NCBI GenBank assembly: GCA_964572155.1
Contig: CAZNDZ010000001.1
Span: 1,146,786 to 1,210,785 of the forward strand
DNA from: an uncultured Planctomycetales bacterium
Lineage (GTDB): Bacteria > Omnitrophota > Gorgyraeia > Zapsychrales > Fredricksoniimonadaceae
DNA length: 64,000 nt
Direction: 5' to 3'
Under the pieces are notes generated by a model. The model saw only the letters and a list, made by a program, of their open reading frames with translations. It did not search any database and was not told the origin of the DNA. This document shows, in pieces, positions 28,969 through 38,189 of the stretch. Both the position numbers and the translations under genes were made by a program. The first letter of the stretch is position 1, and every line of letters begins with the position of its first letter.

Positions 28969-29816
28969 AAACATTGCAAACCACACTTGCAAAACTTAGG
29001 GCCGAAGGCAAATCAATTAGCTTTGTTCCGACGATGGGGTATTTTCATGAGGGGCATTTGTCTTTAATGCGCCAGGCGAAAAAGCAGCATGATATTTGTG
29101 TGGTGAGCGTTTATGTAAACCCTAAACAATTTGGTCCCAAGGAAGATTTAAGCCGTTATCCTCGTGACTTTAAGCGAGACTCGTCGCTGATGGTAAAAGA
29201 AAATGTTGACATTTGTTTTTTTGCGTCTGATAATGACATTTATCCGAATGGTTATTTGACATACATCGATGTAAACAAAATTTCTGATGTGCTTTGCGGC
29301 GCTTATCGTCCCAATCATTTTCAAGGCGTAGCCACCATTGTAGCAAAATTATTGAATATGGTCGGACCCAGCACCATGTATTTGGGGGCCAAAGATGCCC
29401 AACAAGTGGTTGTTTTAAAGCGCATGGTTGTGGATTTAAACTTTCCGGTTAAGGTGGTTGTTGGAGCAACAATCAGGGAAGCCGATGGTTTGGCATTAAG
29501 TAGCCGCAATGTTTTTTTAAGTTCTTTAGAACGTGCGCAAGCCGTGGTTATAAGCAAAGCCTTGTTTGCTGCTAAAGAGAGCATTGCAAAGGGAGAGCGC
29601 AAAGCCAAGAACGTTATCGCCATCATGCAACACATGATCAGTAAAGCATCATTGGCTAAGATTCAATACATCGCATGTGTGGATGCGCAACAATTAACCC
29701 CTTTAAGAACGTTGCAAGGGGATGTGTTATTCGCAGTAGCTGTATATTTTGGTAAAACCCGTTTGATTGATAATGTTGTTGTAAAAATTAATGGCTCAAA
29801 AAAAATCAAAAATTAG
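28947..29816 (+). CDS. panC: Pantoate-beta-alanine ligase
   Basis: PTMGYFHEGHLSLM HIGH-type motif, 289 aa. Confidence 0.9.
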   Translation: MRVIRNIKTLQTTLAKLRAEGKSISFVPTMGYFHEGHLSLMRQAKKQHDICVVSVYVNPKQFGPKEDLSRYPRDFKRDSSLMVKENVDICFFASDNDIYPNGYLTYIDVNKISDVLCGAYRPNHFQGVATIVAKLLNMVGPSTMYLGAKDAQQVVVLKRMVVDLNFPVKVVVGATIREADGLALSSRNVFLSSLERAQAVVISKALFAAKESIAKGERKAKNVIAIMQHMISKASLAKIQYIACVDAQQLTPLRTLQGDVLFAVAVYFGKTRLIDNVVVKINGSKKIKN

Positions 29817-30618
29817 GGTTGGCATACTAGGATGTGGGGCCATTGGTTCTCGCATCGCACGCAGCATCAAAACAGAGTGTGATCAATACGCTACGGTCAC
29901 AGCTTTGTTTGACATTAACCCTGTCAAAGCAGAAAATCTTGCCCGGCATCTTCCTCACAAAAATATCATTAAACTTAAGTACAAAGAACTCTTAGATAGT
30001 TGCGACATCATTGTCGAAGCTGTAAATGCGCCAGATACGTATCAGCTTGTAAAGCAAGCATTGATGGCTAAAAAAGATGTTTTGGTGATGAGTGTTGGTA
30101 AATTTATCGATAGTGATGCTATCATCAAGTTAGCTCACAAACATGGCAGTCTTTTATTAATACCGTCGGGAGCGATTGCTGGTATTGATGCCATCAAGGC
30201 GGCAGCGCTAGGAAAAATTCATCAAATTGTTTTAACCACACGTAAGCCTATCTATGGTTTTGCCGACAATGCCTATGTACAGGCCCGTCGGATAAATTTG
30301 TCACAAATAAAAAAAGAAACAATTTTATTTGACGGGAACGTCAAAGAGGCTGTACATTGTTTTCCACAGAACATTAACGTGGCGGCGACGATCGCGTTGG
30401 CATCTGGTTGTAAAGATAAGTTAAGGATTCGCATTAGCACGTCGCCAGAGTATAAAGTTAATTCTCATGAAATTGAAGTGGTGGGTGAATTTGGAAGGTT
30501 AACAACAAAAACAGAAAATGTTGTTTGTCCAGATAATCCTAAAACAAGTTATCTGGCGGTATTATCCGCTATCGTTACGTTAAAGCAGTATTTTCAGGGT
30601 GTGAAAATCGGCACCTAA
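29791..30618 (+). CDS. nadX: L-aspartate dehydrogenase-like protein (NadX family)
   Basis: VGILGCGAIG Rossmann N-terminus, PSGAIAGIDA and HEIEVVGEFG motifs, as in Thermotoga-type aspartate dehydrogenase. 275 aa. Confidence 0.55.
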   Translation: MAQKKSKIRVGILGCGAIGSRIARSIKTECDQYATVTALFDINPVKAENLARHLPHKNIIKLKYKELLDSCDIIVEAVNAPDTYQLVKQALMAKKDVLVMSVGKFIDSDAIIKLAHKHGSLLLIPSGAIAGIDAIKAAALGKIHQIVLTTRKPIYGFADNAYVQARRINLSQIKKETILFDGNVKEAVHCFPQNINVAATIALASGCKDKLRIRISTSPEYKVNSHEIEVVGEFGRLTTKTENVVCPDNPKTSYLAVLSAIVTLKQYFQGVKIGT

Positions 30619-30640
30619 CAACCAAGAAAGGGGTGGTAGT

Positions 30641-30940
30641 ATGGCTTCAAAAAAAGTCGCTAAAGTTGGGGTAAAGAAAGAAAAAGGTTATCTTTATTTC
30701 GTAGACAAACAAGGTGACATCTCTGCTGCTAAGATGGCTCGTGGGGATAAAAAAGGTGGATCTCCTAAAAAAGTCGCTAAAGTTGGTATCAAACGTGAAG
30801 AAGGTTACTTATACTTCATCGATAAACAAGGCGATATCTCTGCCGCTAAGATGGTTCGCGGTGGCACCAAGAAAAAAGCTAAATCTGCTGCTAAAAAGCC
30901 AGCTAAAAAAGCTGCAAAGAAAACAGCAAAACGTAAATAA
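30641..30940 (+). CDS. Small lysine-rich protein of 99 aa: two tandem 32-aa repeats (KKVAKVG.K.E.GYLYF.DKQGDISAAKM.RG) plus a KKAAKK histone-H1/Hc1-like tail.
   Basis: Good SD (AAGGGGTGG). Strong terminator immediately downstream. The repeat copies differ mostly at synonymous sites. Confidence 0.65.
   Translation: MASKKVAKVGVKKEKGYLYFVDKQGDISAAKMARGDKKGGSPKKVAKVGIKREEGYLYFIDKQGDISAAKMVRGGTKKKAKSAAKKPAKKAAKKTAKRK
30650..30862 (+). repeat. Intragenic tandem duplication: a 96-bp unit at 30650-30745 and again at 30767-30862, about 80% nt identity, separated by a 21-bp linker.
   Basis: Direct comparison of the two DNA segments and their translations. Confidence 0.7.
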
Positions 30941-30958
30941 GTCTACGTTTTTATTGTT

Positions 30959-30999
30959 CAACAACCCCTGTATTTTACTATACAGGGGTTGTTTTTTTT
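30959..30999 (+). terminator. Strong rho-independent terminator: 13-bp perfect stem AACAACCCCTGTA / TACAGGGGTTGTT, 8-nt loop, T8 tract.
   Basis: Read directly. A TATAAT at 31003-31008 follows and may be the uvrA -10. Confidence 0.8.
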
Positions 31000-31016
31000 G
31001 TATATAATAGCGCCTT

Positions 31017-33815
31017 ATGAATCAGTCCGATGCTATCATTATCCGTGGCGCCAAAGAACATAATTTAAAGAACATTGACCTAACGATCCCACGCAATCAA
31101 TTTGTGGTCGTCACAGGTTTAAGTGGTTCTGGAAAATCCTCCTTAGCGTTTGATACCATTTATGCAGAAGGTCAGCGCCGTTATGTCGAGAGTTTGTCAG
31201 CATATGCGCGGCAATTTTTGGATCAAATGCAAAAGCCGCATGTTGAACATATCGAGGGCTTGTCTCCAACCATATCGATTGAACAAAAGACAGTTAGCCG
31301 TAATCCACGTTCTACCGTTGCCACTCAAACAGAAATTTATGACTATCTGCGTTTGTTATTCGCGCGTGTAGGTATTCCGCATTGCTACCAATGTGGCAAA
31401 CGCATTGAACAGCAAAGCGCTCAAGAAATCGTTGGTCATATCTTGGCGTTGCCAGAAGGCAGCAAGATCAATATTTTAGCCCCAATGGTGCGTGGGCGTA
31501 AGGGTGAGTACCGCGACATCGGCGCCCAAGTGACTAAGGCGGGTTTTGCACGTTTGCGTGTTGATGGCAAGATGTTTGAAGCCTCTGACGATATCAAGCT
31601 TGATAAATTCAAAGTCCATCACATTGAAGCGGTGGTTGATCGCTTGAGCATTCGCCAAGATATTAAGAAACGTTTATTTGATTCTGTTGAGACTGCCCTT
31701 AAAATTGGCGAAGGCATTTTGATGGTGGATTTTAATGGGAGTGCGCCAGATAAAACATTTAGTGAAAAATATGCCTGTGTTGATTGTGGCACATCCTTAA
31801 GTGAAATTGAACCACGCATATTTTCATTTAATTCGCCTTATGGAGCTTGCCCTCAATGCAATGGCCTTGGCACCATGATGGAGATTGATCCTGCCGCGAT
31901 TGTGCCAGATGATACTAAGCCTTGGACGACGGCGATTGTGCCTTGGAAAAAGGGGCAAGGCGGTTACATGATTTACTACCGCGCGGTATTGCGTGAAATT
32001 GCCGGCCGTTTTCGCATTGATTCCAAGTTGCCATTTAAAGATTTAGATAAAAAATTTAAACATGTCGTCTTGCATGGGTCAGAAGACATTGAAGTTTGGG
32101 GTCGTCCTTTCGAAGGGGTTGTAAAATATTTAGAACGTTTATTTAGAGAAACGGACAGTGATTGGTTAAAAGAAGAAATTTCTACCTATATGTCCGAATC
32201 AGCATGTTCATTATGTGCGGGTAAACGTTTAAAGAAAGAATCTTTAGCTATTACTGTGGGAGATCAAAACCTTGCCGATGTGGTGGAGCTTTCTATTAAA
32301 GAATGTAAGCATTTCTTTAACGAGCTTACCTTAAGTAAAGACAAAAAGAAAATTAGCGAAGAGATTTTGAAAGAAATCAATCGACGCTTAGATTTTTGTA
32401 TCAATGTAGGTTTGGAATATTTAACGCTTGATCGTCGTAGTTCAACCTTGTCCGGCGGCGAGGCTGAACGTATCCGTTTGGCAACTCAAGTAGGTTCAGG
32501 GTTAGTTGGCGTTATCTATGTTTTAGATGAGCCAAGTATTGGTTTGCATCAACGTGATAATGATCGATTATTGTCAACCTTACATGCCTTGAGAGATCTA
32601 GGCAACACCTTGATCGTTGTTGAACATGACGAAGACACCATCCGGCGTGCAGATTATGTCATTGATCTAGGCCCTGGGGCTGGTGAAGGTGGTGGCGAGG
32701 TCTTATATGCAGGTGATGTCAAAGGCATCCTCAAATGCAAGAAATCCCTAACGGGGCAATATTTAAGTGGCGAATATAAAATACCTGTCCCTGCAAAGAG
32801 ACGTGCAGCCATTAAAGATCAATATATAAAAATTATAGGCGCTAGCGAACACAACTTAAAAAATATAGATGTGCAAATTCCTCTAGGAACGTTTACCTGC
32901 ATTACTGGCGTATCTGGGTCGGGTAAATCAACCTTGGTTGAAGACATTTTATTTAAAGCCCTATCGAATAAAGTCATGGGGACCAAGGCAAAAGCAGGTG
33001 CTCATAAAAAGATCACAGGTACGGAGCATATTGATAAAGTCATTGTCGTCGACCAATCACCGATCGGTCGTACGCCACGCTCTAATCCAGCAACGTATAC
33101 AGGGGTGTTTTCTGATATCCGTGATATCTTTGCACAATTACCTCAGTCAAAAATGCGTGGGTATAAGCCAGGTCGTTTTAGTTTTAATGTCAAGGGTGGA
33201 CGTTGTGAGGCGTGCGGTGGTGATGGGATTAAGAAGATTGAAATGCATTTCTTACCTGACGTGTACGTGGAATGTGAAATTTGCCATGGTAAACGTTTTA
33301 CGGATCAAACTTTGGAAGTTGAATTTAAAGGCAAGAACATCGCCCAAATTTTAGACCTGAGTGTAGAGGAAGCCTTAGGTGTTTTTGATAGTGTGCCACG
33401 CATAAAGAATGTGTTACAAACATTACACGAAGTTGGTTTAGGTTATATTTGCTTAGGCCAAAGCGCGACAACCTTGTCGGGTGGTGAAGCGCAGCGAGTT
33501 AAATTAGCAAGTGAGCTTTGTAAACCAGCCACAGGAAAAACATTTTATATTTTGGATGAACCCACAACGGGCTTACATTTTGCCGACGTTGATAAATTGT
33601 TGCAAGTGATGCAACGCCTCGTTGATCGAGGCAATACCGTTTTGGTCATTGAACATAATTTGGACATTGTTAAATCAGCAGACTACATCATTGATTTAGG
33701 GCCTGACGGTGGTGACAAGGGCGGACAATTGATTGCCAGCGGTACGCCAGAAGCCATCATGCAGGTGACACATTCTCATACAGGAAAATACTTAAAGAGA
33801 TTTTTAGAAAAATGA
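31017..33815 (+). CDS. uvrA: Excinuclease ABC subunit A
   Basis: Two ABC modules ([18 protein letters not shown]), zinc-finger cysteines, LSGGE signatures, 932 aa. Confidence 0.95.
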   Translation: MNQSDAIIIRGAKEHNLKNIDLTIPRNQFVVVTGLSGSGKSSLAFDTIYAEGQRRYVESLSAYARQFLDQMQKPHVEHIEGLSPTISIEQKTVSRNPRSTVATQTEIYDYLRLLFARVGIPHCYQCGKRIEQQSAQEIVGHILALPEGSKINILAPMVRGRKGEYRDIGAQVTKAGFARLRVDGKMFEASDDIKLDKFKVHHIEAVVDRLSIRQDIKKRLFDSVETALKIGEGILMVDFNGSAPDKTFSEKYACVDCGTSLSEIEPRIFSFNSPYGACPQCNGLGTMMEIDPAAIVPDDTKPWTTAIVPWKKGQGGYMIYYRAVLREIAGRFRIDSKLPFKDLDKKFKHVVLHGSEDIEVWGRPFEGVVKYLERLFRETDSDWLKEEISTYMSESACSLCAGKRLKKESLAITVGDQNLADVVELSIKECKHFFNELTLSKDKKKISEEILKEINRRLDFCINVGLEYLTLDRRSSTLSGGEAERIRLATQVGSGLVGVIYVLDEPSIGLHQRDNDRLLSTLHALRDLGNTLIVVEHDEDTIRRADYVIDLGPGAGEGGGEVLYAGDVKGILKCKKSLTGQYLSGEYKIPVPAKRRAAIKDQYIKIIGASEHNLKNIDVQIPLGTFTCITGVSGSGKSTLVEDILFKALSNKVMGTKAKAGAHKKITGTEHIDKVIVVDQSPIGRTPRSNPATYTGVFSDIRDIFAQLPQSKMRGYKPGRFSFNVKGGRCEACGGDGIKKIEMHFLPDVYVECEICHGKRFTDQTLEVEFKGKNIAQILDLSVEEALGVFDSVPRIKNVLQTLHEVGLGYICLGQSATTLSGGEAQRVKLASELCKPATGKTFYILDEPTTGLHFADVDKLLQVMQRLVDRGNTVLVIEHNLDIVKSADYIIDLGPDGGDKGGQLIASGTPEAIMQVTHSHTGKYLKRFLEK

Positions 33816-36253
33816 AAATAAAAATATTCTTAACGGCATTGTTTTGTTCGTTTTCATTAATAGTCTTTGCACAAAGTGATCCAGATGAATTAATCACGAC
33901 GGCACAAAGAGCATTTGATGATGGCTTTCATGATGTGGCTATTAAATATTTAGAGGAATTTGTACCAGCTTATCCTCAAAATCCCAAAATATCTCAAGCG
34001 AAGGTATTGCTTGGGCAATGTTACTTTTTAAAAGGTAATTATGCAAAAGCCATGGAAATGTTCGAACAATTAGCAAATCAAAAAGAAAATAAAGACATGG
34101 TTTTGTTTTGGACGGCAGAGACGCAATTAAAATTATCGAACTTTCCAAGAGCTCAAGAGCTTTACCAAGATTTGCTTAAAAGTTTTACTAACTCTGTTTA
34201 TGTTCCTCAGGCTTTGTATTCTTTAGGTTGGTCGTATTTTGATCAAAAGCAGTATGCCAGCGCTAAAACCATGTTCGCTAAATTAACAGCCCAATTTCCT
34301 AAGCATCAATTAAGCGAAGATGCTTTGGCAAAATCTGCGGAATGCGATTACAACTTAGGCAATTTTGCAGATGCCATTAAGGCGCTCGAAAATTACCAAC
34401 AAAGCTATCCAACTAGTTCACGCTTAGGGTCAATCCGATTAAATATCGCTGATGCTTATTATTACATGGATGATTATGCGCATGCCATGGATTATTATGA
34501 TCAATCAGCAAAAACAGTTACGAGTGATCCTGCAACGGTGCATGCTGCCAACGTCGGTAAAATCTGGTGTGCCCTAAAACGTAAAATGTATGAACAAGCT
34601 CAAAAGTATATTAAAGAAGCATCTGATTTTGCAAAATCTAAAAATTTAAGCACTGAAAACATTTTGTTAGCTTCTGGGCAAATGTATTTTGAAAAAGGGG
34701 AGATGGATCAAGCGGTTAATGCGTATAGTGATTTGATCCGTGCTTACCCCACAGGTGATTATAGGTTAGAGGCATATTTAGGGCGAGCCAATGCGCTCTA
34801 TGAAGATAAAAAATACAATAAGGCTCAAGTAGATTTTCAATTTGTTATCGATCATCATCAAGAAGCGGACGTAGATTTGGTCGATAAAGCCAATTTTGGT
34901 TTGGGGTGGGTTTTGGTAAAAGCGGGCGATGTAACGGCAGGTATTCGCTGTTTTCAATCGGTGTATGAACGCACCAACAACGATATGATAAAAAATAATG
35001 CCTTAATTCAAATGGCAGATGCATATCAAGAGGGCGGTCGATTTAATGATGCCATTGGCATTTATGAGAAGATCAATAAAACAGGCTCAGCCAATGGTTT
35101 GGAAGATTATATTCAATACCGTCTAGGGGTTGCATTATTAAAAGCTGAAAAATTTGAATTGGCTCAATCGGGTTTTGACACCTTGGTCAATAAATATCCT
35201 AATAGCCGATACTTAGAAGACGTAAATTACTACCTCGGTGTGATTCAATTTAAAAGTAATAATTGGAACAAAGCTGCGCAGTACATGGATGCATTCCTCA
35301 AGGCCTTAACACATCCAAGTGAGTTTGCACCAGAAGCTAATTATATCTTAGCGTTAGCATATTTAAATTTAAAGCAAAGTGATGAAGCATTAAAAATATT
35401 TCAAAAAATTCTGCGCTTATATCCCGACGATGAGGATGTGGCTAAAAATTCTGATATTGGTATTGCCAAGTGTCAATTTGAATTAGGGCAGATTAAAGAC
35501 GCTATTAAGCGATTTAAATTGATCATTTTTAAGTACCCCAAATCAGATGTAGAGCAGGAAGCTTTATTATGGTTAGCACAAGATGCTATGAAAAATTTTC
35601 AATACGCGCAAGCCATTGATTATTACCATACTTTGCTTGATCGCAATCTTGATCCATCTCATCAGGACCAGATTAATTATGAGTTGGGTCAAGCCTATGA
35701 AGTTCAAGGCGCATTAGATGAGGCATTAGCGCAATATAAATCAGTAAGTGATAAGGATGAAGTTTTAGCATCGAAAGTAAAACTAGCCATTGCAGGCATA
35801 TTATCTAAAGAGTTTGATCCACAAAAAGCTATTACAGCGTATGCGAACATTGCTAGCACCAGCCCTGATTATGCGCGTGATGCTTATTTAAAGATGGCGC
35901 AATTATATCGCAATGCACAAAATTATGAGCAAGAGATAACGGTTTATGAAAAAGCGTTGAAATGCGATCAGGGTAAATCTGTAGTAACCAATGTAGAGCT
36001 TTTATTTAGTTTAGGGGATGCCTATGAATCATTAGACCGCATCGAAGAAGCCGTAGATTATTATTTAAAAATTCCAACCCAATATCATGATCAGACCACA
36101 TGGGTGGTTAAGGCTTATTTACGGGTTGCAAAAATTTTTGAAGATCGCAAGGATTGGGAAGGGGCTCGTGTAACATATCAGAAAATTGTGCAGTTAAAAG
36201 TTGATGAATCAAAATTTGCTTTAGAACGATTAGATTTGTTAAAAAAGAAATGA
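33812..36253 (+). CDS. Large secreted or lipoprotein-like tetratricopeptide-repeat protein of 813 aa. Signal peptide [20 protein letters not shown].
   Basis: Many TPR-like 34-aa A/Y/L-rich repeats across the protein. ATGA overlap with the uvrA stop. Confidence 0.6.
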   Translation: MKIKIFLTALFCSFSLIVFAQSDPDELITTAQRAFDDGFHDVAIKYLEEFVPAYPQNPKISQAKVLLGQCYFLKGNYAKAMEMFEQLANQKENKDMVLFWTAETQLKLSNFPRAQELYQDLLKSFTNSVYVPQALYSLGWSYFDQKQYASAKTMFAKLTAQFPKHQLSEDALAKSAECDYNLGNFADAIKALENYQQSYPTSSRLGSIRLNIADAYYYMDDYAHAMDYYDQSAKTVTSDPATVHAANVGKIWCALKRKMYEQAQKYIKEASDFAKSKNLSTENILLASGQMYFEKGEMDQAVNAYSDLIRAYPTGDYRLEAYLGRANALYEDKKYNKAQVDFQFVIDHHQEADVDLVDKANFGLGWVLVKAGDVTAGIRCFQSVYERTNNDMIKNNALIQMADAYQEGGRFNDAIGIYEKINKTGSANGLEDYIQYRLGVALLKAEKFELAQSGFDTLVNKYPNSRYLEDVNYYLGVIQFKSNNWNKAAQYMDAFLKALTHPSEFAPEANYILALAYLNLKQSDEALKIFQKILRLYPDDEDVAKNSDIGIAKCQFELGQIKDAIKRFKLIIFKYPKSDVEQEALLWLAQDAMKNFQYAQAIDYYHTLLDRNLDPSHQDQINYELGQAYEVQGALDEALAQYKSVSDKDEVLASKVKLAIAGILSKEFDPQKAITAYANIASTSPDYARDAYLKMAQLYRNAQNYEQEITVYEKALKCDQGKSVVTNVELLFSLGDAYESLDRIEEAVDYYLKIPTQYHDQTTWVVKAYLRVAKIFEDRKDWEGARVTYQKIVQLKVDESKFALERLDLLKKK

Positions 36254-36260
36254 GGTAAAA

Positions 36261-36938
36261 ATGAATGTAGTCATGATGAACGCGGGCCAGATTTTGTTTA
36301 AAGGTGGCCCCATGATGTGGCCGATCCTGTTCTTATCTATCCTTGCAACAGCGATCGCAATTAATCGCATTATGTTTTTAAGTCGTGAGGAAAAAACTTT
36401 CACGCAGCAGCACAAGCTACTGTTGGAATCTTTACGAAAAGGAAATTTAAAAGATACGCTTAAGATGTGTGAGGCCAATGAAGGCGTCGTCGCAAGCCTG
36501 ATAAAATCAGGGATAATACGCTCTGGATCTTCGACAGAGTTGATTCGTTTAGCGATGGATGAAGTTTGGGATCATCAGAAAATGCGTTTTAATAGTTTCA
36601 TGTCGATCTTAGGCATGATTGTTAATGTGGCGCCACTTCTAGGTTTGCTTGGGACGGTGAATGCCATGACGGTGGTTTTTCATGCGTCGGTGATCCGATC
36701 CAATGTTTTAAATCCTGTGACGGCAGGGGAATTGGCAACGGGTATTTGGCAAGCATTGTTGACAACCACCGCAGGTCTTGTGGTTGGAATATTCGGTTAT
36801 GTCATGTATACATTTTGTGTGGCGCGCATCAACGTTTATACAACATGGGTTAATCACTTGATGGTTGAGACAGTCTATGTATTGGCTTCACTTAAAGAAT
36901 TAAAAGCATCTGCAGGTCAGGGAGAGTATGAAGGTTAA
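36261..36938 (+). CDS. MotA/TolQ/ExbB-family proton-channel protein
   Basis: GGPMMWPILFLSILATAIAINR N-terminus, three TM segments and the LGLLGTV motif typical of ExbB/TolQ. Confidence 0.75.
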   Translation: MNVVMMNAGQILFKGGPMMWPILFLSILATAIAINRIMFLSREEKTFTQQHKLLLESLRKGNLKDTLKMCEANEGVVASLIKSGIIRSGSSTELIRLAMDEVWDHQKMRFNSFMSILGMIVNVAPLLGLLGTVNAMTVVFHASVIRSNVLNPVTAGELATGIWQALLTTTAGLVVGIFGYVMYTFCVARINVYTTWVNHLMVETVYVLASLKELKASAGQGEYEG

Positions 36939-37323
36939 TACATTACAAGCTCCTACAACAGTATTTTCGCCCATTCTGATCATTGCCTTTATAAATTTTG
37001 TGATCTTGATGTTGGCTTTTGTTGTGTTCTATTCATTCTTTGCGACGCCAGCTGGTATTGAAATCCAAATGCCGACAGTAGCTGCACGTACAGCTTCAAT
37101 AGGAGGTACGTTAACAATACGCATTAATGCTGAGAACGTATTATTCTTAAATGACAAGGTTGTGACGCTAAGCGATCTAAGAAAAAGTTTATTGAAACTA
37201 AGTACACCGAATCAAACATTGTATGTTCAAGTAGACAGTCGAGCATCCATGGCGCGTGTTGCTGATGTCTGGGAGATGTGCAAAGGTTTAGGTGTGGCAC
37301 AAGTAAAAGTGAGTACTTTCTAA
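36928..37323 (+). CDS. ExbD/TolR-family biopolymer transport protein
   Basis: Single N-terminal TM segment then a periplasmic domain with ExbD-like layout (PTVFSPILIIAFINFVILMLAF; TLYVQVDSRASMARVADVWEMC). 131 aa, overlaps exbB. Confidence 0.7.
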   Translation: MKVNTLQAPTTVFSPILIIAFINFVILMLAFVVFYSFFATPAGIEIQMPTVAARTASIGGTLTIRINAENVLFLNDKVVTLSDLRKSLLKLSTPNQTLYVQVDSRASMARVADVWEMCKGLGVAQVKVSTF

Positions 37324-37568
37324 TGTTAAGCATTGGTAAAACAACCCTCATTGCTCTAGCACTGCACATCATCGTATTTTCATTCATTTGGATTGGTTTT
37401 CCTATCATTCGTGTTAAAGACAATGTGGTGTTTTATTACAGCCAAATGTCATTGCAGGATCCAACAGATGATATTATTTTTAATGATCATATGCCAATCA
37501 AGGCTGGCGGGTCGTCGGATAGTCAGGTTTGGAAGCAATTAAGAATGTTAGATAAGCCTAAGAGGTAG
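37323..37568 (+). CDS. Small membrane-anchored protein of 81 aa with a His-containing TM helix (LIALALHIIVFSFIW), reminiscent of the TonB/TolA signal anchor but lacking the C-terminal domain.
   Basis: TAATG overlap with the exbD stop. Hydrophobic N-terminus. Confidence 0.4.
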   Translation: MLSIGKTTLIALALHIIVFSFIWIGFPIIRVKDNVVFYYSQMSLQDPTDDIIFNDHMPIKAGGSSDSQVWKQLRMLDKPKR

Positions 37569-37570
37569 TC

Positions 37571-37795
37571 ATGTTTATTTGGGATTTTACAGCACTGTTT
37601 GCCGTTTGGGGATTTTTATTTCTAACCATTGTTTTGTTGATGTGGGTGTTCTATACTTTAAGGAGAGCCAAACCACTGGCTGTGTTTAAAGATGTAGAAA
37701 ATTTTAGGCACTGTGTTTATTGCGGTTATGTTTACTTAGATTACTTCAAAGCGGATGTGTGTCGATGTCCAAGATGTTTCAGTTATCATGATTAA
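37571..37795 (+). CDS. Small membrane protein of 74 aa with a C-terminal C4 zinc ribbon (CVYCG...CRCPRC)
   Basis: N-terminal TM segment. Two CxxC pairs 15 aa apart. Tight spacing in the operon. Confidence 0.4.
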   Translation: MFIWDFTALFAVWGFLFLTIVLLMWVFYTLRRAKPLAVFKDVENFRHCVYCGYVYLDYFKADVCRCPRCFSYHD

Positions 37796-37803
37796 AGGTG
37801 ACC

Positions 37804-38127
37804 ATGAGATTAAAAAGATTGCATAATGATTCAGGGATGGTTTTAGTAACGGTTGTTATGATCGTTTTTGTCATGTCATTATTGCTCACGGCCATTTTAA
37901 GTCAAAACTTGAGTCAAGCATCTGTAACGCAAGCACAAATCGATGAAATTAAAGCGAAACAATTGGCCATTGGGGCATTTTGGAAAGCCCAAGCAGATAT
38001 GACCAATGTTGCTGGTAACCCGACAGCTGTGGCAGCAGAGAATCTAGATGGTAAAACCTTTACTGTGGCAGTTGATCCTCGTCCAGCAAGTTCTGCGGCA
38101 GCTTATACAGTCACCGTTTCATATTAA
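37804..38127 (+). CDS. PilX-like minor pilin / pilus assembly protein with an N-terminal hydrophobic segment (GMVLVTVVMIVFVMSLLLTAIL)
   Basis: AAAGGTG SD before the ATG at 37804. N-terminal domain resembles PilX_N. 108 aa. Confidence 0.45.
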   Translation: MRLKRLHNDSGMVLVTVVMIVFVMSLLLTAILSQNLSQASVTQAQIDEIKAKQLAIGAFWKAQADMTNVAGNPTAVAAENLDGKTFTVAVDPRPASSAAAYTVTVSY

Positions 38128-38189
38128 TATATATAAGATAGTTCAAATGAAGATTGACATTTGCCCTCAGTGGAGGTGTAATATTTCCA

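Noticed and set aside
30650-30862. 96-bp direct repeat pair, considered as a CRISPR or mobile-element repeat
   Set aside because: There are only two copies, both in frame within one ORF, and the differences are synonymous. It is an intragenic domain duplication, not a CRISPR array.
30968-30985. CTGT-N10-ACAG palindrome upstream of uvrA that looks like a LexA/SOS box
   Set aside because: It is exactly the stem of the strong rho-independent terminator (30959-30999) that follows the upstream gene. The spacing is N10, not the N8 of the gammaproteobacterial box. There is no independent support.
30714-31007. 97-aa ORF overlapping the small basic protein and the terminator
   Set aside because: It is an out-of-frame shadow of the Lys-rich gene (AAA/AAG-rich DNA) and runs through the terminator hairpin.
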